Source: a virus
Lineage: Duplodnaviria; Caudoviricetes
Strand: one strand, 5' to 3'
IMG/VR virus record: IMGVR_UViG_3300043218_000040
Coordinates: 1-33,558 of that record
Length of the DNA: 33,558 nt
A program made the position numbers and the translations under genes. Below are positions 26,220 to 33,558 of this stretch, piece by piece. Under the pieces are notes generated by a model. That model did no database searches and was not told the DNA's origin. It saw only the letters and a list, made by a program, of their open reading frames with translations. The number at the start of each line of letters is the position of its first letter. Position 1 is the first letter of the stretch.

Positions 26220-26634
26220 CTTCCTTCCTTATGTATTTGCAGTTCTCTTTGCGGTACTCTGTCACCACAAAATCAATACCTACTTCGTAGCCATCTTTAA
26301 CTCTGAATATCTCTTCAAAGCCAATGTGTTCATTAAATCGCAATGCCTTCTTATTACAAGCTGGAGTAACCCCAATGATTACCCCCTTGTCACAAGTGAC
26401 AAAGGCATACCCGAAGACAGCCTCTGGCCAGCCATGCTTGAATATTAACAAATTTTCAAAAGCGATGTGGATATGTACGCTATTGTGAGCCCATGTATCA
26501 AAGGCCACCATCCCTACAATTTTCCCATCCTTATATGCGACGATACCTTTAGTGTCAGCACACCTGACACACTCAGCCCTAGCATGGATCCAGTCCCATT
26601 CTTCATTGCGTGACATGGGAAGGTAGTCAATCAT
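26191..26634 (-). CDS. GNAT-fold acetyltransferase-like tail-module protein
   Basis: VFGYAF..C...IIGVTPACNKKALRFNEHIGF; usual position after stabilization protein. Confidence 0.75.
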   Translation of the reverse strand: MIDYLPMSRNEEWDWIHARAECVRCADTKGIVAYKDGKIVGMVAFDTWAHNSVHIHIAFENLLIFKHGWPEAVFGYAFVTCDKGVIIGVTPACNKKALRFNEHIGFEEIFRVKDGYEVGIDFVVTEYRKENCKYIRKEDGQIYARSA

Positions 26635-28226
26635 AGCAAGCCACCTTCGTCCCACATGATGCCAATGGCGATCAATGTAGTTTCCACTTGTGACTTACCA
26701 CGTAGAGCAATGGCCATTGTCCTACCTATGCCCCAAGCCCCACGAGCAGGCTGAAACGCGGCTGATCCACCACCCCAGATATCTATATCCCACAAGCCTG
26801 TATCCCAGATGCCAACACCGAAAGCACTGGCGTTAGGAGGTACAGGTAGCTCTGATAAATCATAATCATAAAGTGCTTTCACAGTATATGAGGGAAACGA
26901 CTGTGCTATGAAGATAGGCCTGATAAATTGCATACGTTTGAATTGCTCAGGTGTATCTACATCTTGGTAGCTAGTGAGTAACTGCCAATCAATCTGTATG
27001 GGGTTCGGCGCTGATAGTTCAACATTATCAATTGTACCTTGGAGCTTCCACACATTAATCGTGCCTGCACCAAAATAGAACTCTGACTGGTACTGTTCTG
27101 ATGTGAGGATAGGTACATCATGCCAAAGAGACCATGCTTTCAAGTTAAGGTCATACACATACTGAGTATGAGGTATGTTATTTTCCTTAGGGGAGGAGAT
27201 CACCAACCGCGATATACTTGGATGAATTCTTATCTCCCACCCGAAAGTATTCTTACTACGAGCCATCGCTTGGTTGATGAATGATTGTATCTTCCATGTC
27301 AGGCTGGCTTCTAAACTAAAAGGATCTTTGCCCTGTAATAGAGCGCCCATGCTTATAAGACCATAGGTAGACAGTAGGAGCATATCACCGCCATACAACG
27401 ATATTACTCTTCGCCCAAAGGGAACAGCTCCAACAAACCAGAGTCCAATAATCCCAAAGGTTGCTGAACTGCTAGGATCTGTGCCTGCGTAGACAACAAC
27501 GTCCCCCGCAGAGGATACCGCAACGATGTAATCATCTGGGCCTTCACCGCTGTCAAGTGTCCAATCGGCAAGGACTGCAAGAATGCCACCATAACGGAAT
27601 CTACTGCCGAAATTAAACTCGGTGAGAGTGCCGCCAAAGACTCCAACGTCACTATACCATGCTGAAGTACTGTTCTTTTCAATATACCACATCCTATTTT
27701 TCCAGGACATGACAAAGGCGATGTCCGCTGCACCTCCAGCCGGGCCTACGATAGCAGGCACTGACCACAAGTCTGTTGATTCAGTATATAGCTGGAGACC
27801 ATTTTCTTCATCTGCCACTAGCATGAAGTGTGCGCCACCGTCATTAGTAAATTGGCTGAAACTACACCGGCCTGAAGGACTAGCTTTGATCCCCCAGTTC
27901 ACTACCTTCGTAGGTGTGGTCGTACTGGCAGTAATATCATAAATGCCATCACTGTTAGCCCCATATAATCTATCAGTGGTACGGTCATCCATACTCCCTG
28001 TATAGGGTATGATAGTTTGGATGCCCCCACCGAGAAATCCATTAGCATACTCTTGGTATCCGGGGCGTACCTTGAGGCCATAGGTCGTAGCATCAATGTT
28101 AATGGTGACAATAGCATCCCGAGGCTCCATACCATAGAGATTCGATATAGAGTTAATCCCAGCGGTCGGCGCAGGGAACGTAGCCGGTTTGGTGATTTGC
28201 TCTTGTGGGGCAATGCCAAACATCAC
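26631..28226 (-). CDS. Tail tubular/DNA stabilization protein (P22 gp10-like)
   Basis: PAPTAGIN, VRPGY, KNRMW, GDVVVYAGTDP, WDTGLWD..W; beta-propeller-like; position. Confidence 0.75.
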   Translation of the reverse strand: MMFGIAPQEQITKPATFPAPTAGINSISNLYGMEPRDAIVTINIDATTYGLKVRPGYQEYANGFLGGGIQTIIPYTGSMDDRTTDRLYGANSDGIYDITASTTTPTKVVNWGIKASPSGRCSFSQFTNDGGAHFMLVADEENGLQLYTESTDLWSVPAIVGPAGGAADIAFVMSWKNRMWYIEKNSTSAWYSDVGVFGGTLTEFNFGSRFRYGGILAVLADWTLDSGEGPDDYIVAVSSAGDVVVYAGTDPSSSATFGIIGLWFVGAVPFGRRVISLYGGDMLLLSTYGLISMGALLQGKDPFSLEASLTWKIQSFINQAMARSKNTFGWEIRIHPSISRLVISSPKENNIPHTQYVYDLNLKAWSLWHDVPILTSEQYQSEFYFGAGTINVWKLQGTIDNVELSAPNPIQIDWQLLTSYQDVDTPEQFKRMQFIRPIFIAQSFPSYTVKALYDYDLSELPVPPNASAFGVGIWDTGLWDIDIWGGGSAAFQPARGAWGIGRTMAIALRGKSQVETTLIAIGIMWDEGGLL

Positions 28227-28966
28227 GGTCCGCCGTAGTTAGTGTTCGGGATATTCCTAAAGTCAAGGTAGTGGATGCCAGCAGCACGAGCACCTGCGTT
28301 CAACATAGGTGCGCTCTTATTGCCGCCTGTTGCATCTTCATATGCTTTCGCAAATGCTGCGGCAGCGGTAGCTGAATTAAACCCCTTCGCATCAAGGAAT
28401 TTGAAACGTAGATATTGCACCATCATTACTGGCTTGAACAAGACGACATTATCATTGGTCGTGACAGTGTCTGAATAAGTAGCTGACCCACCAGTGTCTT
28501 CCACCCACCCCCGACTGATATATTCAAAGTTAATATCCAGCCCATCCGGGGGAGGCTGTGGGAAAATTTGGAACTTATTCTCCATGATTCGGAAGCTGGC
28601 GTAAATCGTAAAGCTAACCAGATCACGGCCTATTAGATAAGCCCATTGTTGAGGTGACAGCGGTCCCCCCAGAGGGACATTTTCTGCACGTTCCCAACCG
28701 GTCTGTGGGATCATGTAGCCAAAGTCTGTTGGAAGGTCATAGACCCCCGTATCCGGGGGAACCGCCGTCAAAATTTGGTGTTCTCTACGGAGGATTTCCC
28801 ACGGGTAAGCTTCCACGAGGTCCTGGCCACACGTTGTGATTAAATTACGGAGTTGGATGAAGGAAGGATTGCTATCAGCAAATACATCCGCAGAAGGCTC
28901 AATACCACATTCAACCGCTGCACGATTAATGATATCTGACGCTGGGATATATCTGCTGATCGCCAT
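28223..28966 (-). CDS. Head-tail adaptor / tail tubular protein
   Basis: YPWEIL, YDLPTDF, GPLSPQQW, FEYIS..W, RFKFLDAKGF; position. Confidence 0.7.
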   Translation of the reverse strand: MAISRYIPASDIINRAAVECGIEPSADVFADSNPSFIQLRNLITTCGQDLVEAYPWEILRREHQILTAVPPDTGVYDLPTDFGYMIPQTGWERAENVPLGGPLSPQQWAYLIGRDLVSFTIYASFRIMENKFQIFPQPPPDGLDINFEYISRGWVEDTGGSATYSDTVTTNDNVVLFKPVMMVQYLRFKFLDAKGFNSATAAAAFAKAYEDATGGNKSAPMLNAGARAAGIHYLDFRNIPNTNYGGP

Positions 28967-29578
28967 TTACTTATCCTTAGCTTTGCTCTTCTTGGGCTTC
29001 TGAAGCTCAGCAACCATCTCCTTGAGTTCGTCAATAGCCTGCTGCTGAGCTGCTAGCTCTGCATCCTTTACATCAATGGCAGCATTGAGTTGCTCAAGCG
29101 GAGCAGCTTCTTTCGCTGCCTGAATGTATGCTTTCGCCTTTGTTTTCAGCGCGCCCACACCCATGAATTTCTGAACATGCACGTCGGCAAGATCTGCCAG
29201 TTGTTCAACGGTGTACACACCGAAAAACTTGAGCTCCTCCACCTGTGCGCGTGTGACCATAGGCCACGCCTTGAGGGGAGTACCTTCATGCAGTTCACCT
29301 TCACCAGCTTGAAAAGCGGCGAATTGTTTGGCGAACCGTTGCTTGTCCATATCACGGGCTGGGCGGATAACAATGCTGTCCTTATCCCCAGGAACCATAA
29401 TGCGAACATAGGCCTCATCCTTGAACATGGGCCTCCCCTCTGCCAGCGTAGCTTCCTCATCCCTACGAGGATGATTAAAGAACACGACAAAGAGTTTAGA
29501 GTCCCCCGCAAATCGGGCGTTCTGTTCACTACCTAGCATCGCTGCTTCGGTAATATCGTAATCGGCTTCTTGTAACAC
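28967..29578 (-). CDS. Conserved phage virion-module protein
   Basis: EGRPMFKD..YVRIMVPGD, GTPL..WP, TVEQLA motifs; C-terminal coiled coil; AAGGAG RBS. Confidence 0.7.
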   Translation of the reverse strand: MLQEADYDITEAAMLGSEQNARFAGDSKLFVVFFNHPRRDEEATLAEGRPMFKDEAYVRIMVPGDKDSIVIRPARDMDKQRFAKQFAAFQAGEGELHEGTPLKAWPMVTRAQVEELKFFGVYTVEQLADLADVHVQKFMGVGALKTKAKAYIQAAKEAAPLEQLNAAIDVKDAELAAQQQAIDELKEMVAELQKPKKSKAKDK

Positions 29579-29591
29579 TTCTTTCTCCTTA

Positions 29592-29891
29592 TTATGGGAT
29601 CAACCAGTACATCTGTCTTTGAAAAAGATACCCGTGGCCTTTAGTCTTCAGGTGTTTGCACCAGATATCGTAAGAAATTATCGCAGCATTGTTGTTGAGC
29701 CTACGCAAATGTTCTGCATACACATCCGAACACTCTTGCTCTGATAATTTATCCTCATTAAACAGAACAAACCGCTTCTGTCCTCCCGGTGCTTCTGGGG
29801 TCTGTATAGCTTCGTACACCATACTCCAATGATCATCGTGCGCCGTACACGCGCATAAAATAAGAGTGACTGCCAAGAGTAAGTATTTCAC
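29592..29891 (-). CDS. Putative lipoprotein
   Basis: MKYLLLAVTLILCAC: basic N-terminus, hydrophobic core, lipobox-like LCAC. Confidence 0.6.
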   Translation of the reverse strand: MKYLLLAVTLILCACTAHDDHWSMVYEAIQTPEAPGGQKRFVLFNEDKLSEQECSDVYAEHLRRLNNNAAIISYDIWCKHLKTKGHGYLFQRQMYWLIP

Positions 29892-30262
29892 AGGGTATCA
29901 ATCTTTCCTTGAATAGCTGTACGAGCTTGTGCTATCGTACGGTCAGGCAATCCTTCAATGGTGCGTAGGGCATTGATTTCATCAAGCAGTACCTCTACCA
30001 ACGCCCTGAATAGCCGCTTGTTATCGTACCAACTTTTATCTCCATCCCTAGAAGTAGTCTCCTTGGATGCCGCAGTCGCAGCATCAATATTTACTTGGTC
30101 AGCAACGTAATCAATGAGCGCCTGATCAAGCGCAGGCTGAGCTACATCTGGACACTCCAACTCATTGGTAGCTGGATCATGCATTATTATGAGAGGATCA
30201 CCCCCTGCTAATTCAGCAATTTTGCGCCAGTCTTGTAAATTCGTTACGACTACCTTAGCCAT
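29888..30262 (-). CDS. Fibre-associated chaperone-like protein; paralog of 19573-19935
   Basis: directly after fibre gene; see paralog motifs. Confidence 0.65.
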   Translation of the reverse strand: MAKVVVTNLQDWRKIAELAGGDPLIIMHDPATNELECPDVAQPALDQALIDYVADQVNIDAATAASKETTSRDGDKSWYDNKRLFRALVEVLLDEINALRTIEGLPDRTIAQARTAIQGKIDTL

Positions 30263-32493
30263 CAGAGACACCTTTCAATTGTTAACAGAGTACGAGTTGC
30301 TTCGTAGGTTTCACTACTGGCAATTTCAATTTTCTGCAACTGTAGAGTTATAAAATCATCGACAGCAAGTGTCGCATAAAATGCTTGCCCTAGATGTTGT
30401 GGAACAATATCACCATCAATTGAACCATCCTCAAATATACCAGTCATTCCTTGGGAGCCGGCAAGAACACTTGTATCATTTACGCGCACCTGTCCTTCAA
30501 GCTCAGCATTGCTGTCGCCAGTTGTCGTTGCTTCTGCATCAACCTCCCAGCCAATCTTGTACGTCCCTGCTACTTTCGCAACTATTCTGTCCGTAAGTGC
30601 ATCATGTTCAATAACCGCAGAGTCTGATTCAACATCAGTTGTATCCAATGTTATATCAACAAACGCAGTTGTCAATATATAGTTCGTTGTGCGACGGGCT
30701 TGCACCACATCATTCGGTAGCAAATCAGATTCAGTTAGTACTCGTTCCAGACCACCGCCGGTATCTTGGTTATTAGCTTGAAGCCCACCAGCCGAAGCCG
30801 CTACAGTACGGGTAGATTCCTCCCCATCGCTAATTTGAGACATTGAACCAGCAGCATTAGAACCAATGCCTGTGTCAATATCATTTTGCCTTGGGAGCAA
30901 AGTTGGGTTTGTAGCAGAAGGAGTCTCGCTGAGCATTCTTGGGCCAGCCGCAAGCCCAACTCCGATGCTACCGAATTGCGTAAGTCCTGAACTACCAAAG
31001 AATTGGACGCGACTGCCACCGATACTTGCGTTAATCTGGGCGACACCAGCCGAATAAAATCCACGATCAAGAGCGCCGATGGCTAAAGCTGGAGTTCCCT
31101 CTGCACCATCACGGGGGAGGAAGACTTGATCTGTATCACTATCCCCGGATTCAATAAAGCGAGCCAGTTCAATACCATCCCCAATAATAGACAGTTCGCC
31201 GTTTGCATTCCATCCTATACCAGTAAGCGCATTCGCCTTGTTAGGTATCAGGGTCGGTACAGTGCTTGAAGCAGCAATATTACGAAGTTCTGGGCTCCCA
31301 TTAGCGAACCCAACGATCACTGAGCCAAATGATATGACGACTGCGCCTTCTGATTCAGCAAGCCGGATACCTTCGGTAGCACCAGCAATCAATGACATTG
31401 CATCAGCACCGAACCAACCGACCCCCGTATCAAGGTCTGCCCGATTCGGTATAAGCGTCGGGTTTGTTGCACTCGCTACTTCATCCAGTAATGTGGGGCC
31501 AGCTTCATCTTCCGTTTGTACAGGACCGCCGAAGGTAGTGGTAATGGCGTCCCCCACTCCTACGAGAAGTTCCTGTACGCCTGCACCAACTCCTATACGG
31601 GCAACATCGCCATCCATAAATAGCGTCATGTCTTCAGTACCCAAACCAGAACTAACAGTCAGGGATGCACCGCTATCTAGGAACAGATTAGTGCCAGACC
31701 ATAGGAGATCAGCATCACCTTCAATCGTGCCATCACCAGTCCAGACACCGATCTGGTTATTAGCTGGAGTGCCTACCTTAAAGACATCACCTCCACCTCC
31801 GGCTGCTCCACCAATCTGTAGAACAGTAAATAGGTTTTCTCCATCACCAGGAAGATTGCCACTAGCTTCAACCGTACCTGTAATGGTGAACCAACCCGTA
31901 TTATCCGTGATAGGTGCAGTTACATTGAATACCAAAAATTCAGATGAATCCTTATCGGTCTGTAGGTATATCCTATCATTTGTAGTAATAAGACCCAAAA
32001 GATTGGAAACATCTATACCGTCTTCATCGAAATCATCGATGTAAATGGCTGTGACACTAGCCGGAGTCGCACTATTATACCGGACAAGCCCCGGCCCAGG
32101 ATCTGCGGCTACCGTAGAAGTACTAAATTTGTAGGGAGCACTGAGCAACCCGCCCCCTCTAGTCACATCCTTAAAAGATACGACCCCCAACCCATCAGTG
32201 GATAGGACTTGGTCCGCTGAACCATCCGCTGCGGGGAAGGAATAATTGGGGAGAAGTAGCTGTGACCCATCAAACTTGAAGCCTGGAAAACCTTTGATGG
32301 TCCCATCGCCAGTCCACACTCCGATTTGATCAACAAGCGGAGTACCTACTTTGAATACATCACCAGCAGCAACCGCAGCGATTATCTGAGCAAGTGTGGT
32401 TCTAAAATCAACACCAGCCTTGTCTGTCGCAAAGTTATCAGTCCCTGCTGGAGCGGGGTTAAGAGTTGCTGCTGAAATTTTAAGATCGGCCAT
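30262..32493 (-). CDS. Long fibre-like protein with internal repeats (head or tail fibre)
   Basis: MADLKISA N-terminus; repeated GDVFKVGTP..QIGVWTGDGTI and SAT.PTL.P...DTG.G units; C1q-like tip. Confidence 0.75.
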   Translation of the reverse strand: MADLKISAATLNPAPAGTDNFATDKAGVDFRTTLAQIIAAVAAGDVFKVGTPLVDQIGVWTGDGTIKGFPGFKFDGSQLLLPNYSFPAADGSADQVLSTDGLGVVSFKDVTRGGGLLSAPYKFSTSTVAADPGPGLVRYNSATPASVTAIYIDDFDEDGIDVSNLLGLITTNDRIYLQTDKDSSEFLVFNVTAPITDNTGWFTITGTVEASGNLPGDGENLFTVLQIGGAAGGGGDVFKVGTPANNQIGVWTGDGTIEGDADLLWSGTNLFLDSGASLTVSSGLGTEDMTLFMDGDVARIGVGAGVQELLVGVGDAITTTFGGPVQTEDEAGPTLLDEVASATNPTLIPNRADLDTGVGWFGADAMSLIAGATEGIRLAESEGAVVISFGSVIVGFANGSPELRNIAASSTVPTLIPNKANALTGIGWNANGELSIIGDGIELARFIESGDSDTDQVFLPRDGAEGTPALAIGALDRGFYSAGVAQINASIGGSRVQFFGSSGLTQFGSIGVGLAAGPRMLSETPSATNPTLLPRQNDIDTGIGSNAAGSMSQISDGEESTRTVAASAGGLQANNQDTGGGLERVLTESDLLPNDVVQARRTTNYILTTAFVDITLDTTDVESDSAVIEHDALTDRIVAKVAGTYKIGWEVDAEATTTGDSNAELEGQVRVNDTSVLAGSQGMTGIFEDGSIDGDIVPQHLGQAFYATLAVDDFITLQLQKIEIASSETYEATRTLLTIERCL

Positions 32494-32495
32494 AA

Positions 32496-32948
32496 TTATG
32501 CCTCTGTTAACCAAACGCCACCGCTCTCAGTTCCCCAAGCATCGGTTGACCCTTCTAATTGCCAATTACTCACACCAGGACCACCAGGAAGGTTTTCAAC
32601 TGACATGGCTCCACCCCCTGTAACAGCAATCCCGCGAATAACATTCACTTGTGGACCTGAAACAGCACTTTGACGACCATCAATCGTAACACTAAAGCCT
32701 TCAGGCCACGATATAAAGGGGCCAAATTGGTCAAGATACCTAATACCAGAATTAGTGTGTCTTATACCGTTAATGAATACATCAGTGGAACCTAAATTCG
32801 CATCAACAGTCGTGTACATACGACCATCAACGTCATGCAAAGTTCCATTGATACTAACATTAGTCGGAAGTGGATTGAAAGTTGCAGCAACAAGATTGTT
32901 TTGGACTTCTCCAAAACCATTGACTAGAGTACCGTTAATATGAGGCAT
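32496..32948 (-). CDS. Hypothetical virion protein (start uncertain)
   Basis: repeated INGT/INGI units; WQLEGSTDAWGTESGGVWLTE C-terminus. Confidence 0.6.
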   Translation of the reverse strand: MPHINGTLVNGFGEVQNNLVAATFNPLPTNVSINGTLHDVDGRMYTTVDANLGSTDVFINGIRHTNSGIRYLDQFGPFISWPEGFSVTIDGRQSAVSGPQVNVIRGIAVTGGGAMSVENLPGGPGVSNWQLEGSTDAWGTESGGVWLTEA

Positions 32949-32955
32949 AGGAAAT

Positions 32956-32976
32956 GGGGGAGGAAAGGCCTCCCCC
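32956..32976 (-). terminator. GC hairpin, possible weak terminator
   Basis: minus strand GGGGGAGG-ccttt-CCTCCCCC followed by a poor U tract (ATTTCCT). Confidence 0.4.
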
Positions 32977-32983
32977 GTATCCG

Positions 32984-33391
32984 TTATACTGGAACTGCGC
33001 CAGCGAGCCAATCACCGACTTGTGCCGTTTCCAAGCCGAGGTTTACAGCACCTGAGACGGTGTCAAAGACAACGCCTGGAGCTGCAATTTGATCAGCTTC
33101 CGCAAACACAACCGGAGTATCGTCAAAGTCCGCAGTTGCGTAATCCACCGCAATGGCGTCTACGATATCCGCGGTCTCCTGGCCAGACTCAACGCTATCC
33201 CCACCCCAACCGAGGTATTGCATCTGGACTGGATTCCGGGTTATCTGGGGAAAATCGGTGACTTTAGGATTGATCACATCCGTAGCAAGTCCGATCATAA
33301 CCTGACAACTGCCGCCCTCCATACCAGAGCCTACGCCCTCTACGTTGGGATCCGCAGGGACCTCAATATCCGAGAGTGGAAAGTTTGACAT
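32984..33391 (-). CDS. Acidic protein after capsid gene, possible decoration protein
   Basis: AAGGAG RBS; position. Confidence 0.55.
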   Translation of the reverse strand: MSNFPLSDIEVPADPNVEGVGSGMEGGSCQVMIGLATDVINPKVTDFPQITRNPVQMQYLGWGGDSVESGQETADIVDAIAVDYATADFDDTPVVFAEADQIAAPGVVFDTVSGAVNLGLETAQVGDWLAGAVPV

Positions 33392-33405
33392 GCTTCAATC
33401 TCCTT

Positions 33406-33430
33406 AAAAAGAGCCGGGGCCGAAGCCCCG
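33406..33430 (-). terminator. Rho-independent terminator after major capsid gene
   Basis: minus strand CGGGGC-TTCG-GCCCCG-GCTC-TTTTT. Confidence 0.85.
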
Positions 33431-33446
33431 ACTGAAGCGTGAGCCC

Positions 33447-33558
33447 TTACGCGCCGTTAATACGACCCTGATACCGAGCGCCACTGGTCGTCAGGTTGCC
33501 AGCCCATGCCAGGATCTGCACTTCTGCGTCCTGGTTCGTGCTGTACCGACGGTTCGGG
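33447..33558 (-). CDS. Major capsid protein C-terminus (partial)
   Basis: ...PNRRYSTNQDAEVQILAWAGNLTTSGARYQGRINGA*; NQDA....I.WAGNLT.S pattern; UUCG terminator follows. Confidence 0.7.
   Translation of the reverse strand, partial: PNRRYSTNQDAEVQILAWAGNLTTSGARYQGRINGA

Noticed and set aside
22701-32044. Long plus-strand ORFs such as 22701-23306, 24625-25197 and 31238-32044
   Set aside because: Pro/Ser/Ala-rich antisense shadows of coupled minus-strand virion genes
19573-32493. Invertible tail-fibre switch or diversity-generating retroelement
   Set aside because: Both fibre modules are on the same strand; no invertase, reverse transcriptase or adenine-specific TR/VR pair seen

Overview
Most of the genome of a tailed dsDNA bacteriophage with podovirus-like virion genes and no integrase, repressor or RNA polymerase visible. 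Both edges fall inside the virion operon: the right edge is the major capsid protein C-terminus and the left edge is a fibre-like gene just after terS, so terL and portal probably lie outside. Layout: (i) 1-1494 (-) terS and start of the late operon; (ii) 1619-2349 about 16 copies of a motif matching the XerD-binding arm of bacterial dif (TTATGTTAAAT), flanking one small gene; (iii) 2525-2835 iteron-like repeats at the 3' end of a primase-helicase; (iv) 2666-6503 (-) and 6656-17440 (+) divergent early/replication genes (SprT, SSB-like, PolA, Cas4-like nuclease, VRR-NUC, SNF2-like helicase), ending in a DNA-modification cluster (GT-A glycosyltransferase, aGPT-Pplase1/HMUDK-helical HhH protein, dUMP hydroxymethylase-like TS, DUF3310); (v) 17531-33558 (-) lysis, tail, ejection and head genes with two paralogous fibre+chaperone modules. 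The two best leads are the XerD half-site array around a small paralogous DNA-binding-like gene and a kinase-less hmdU+glycosyltransferase pathway. All family calls come from reading motifs by eye, not from database searches.
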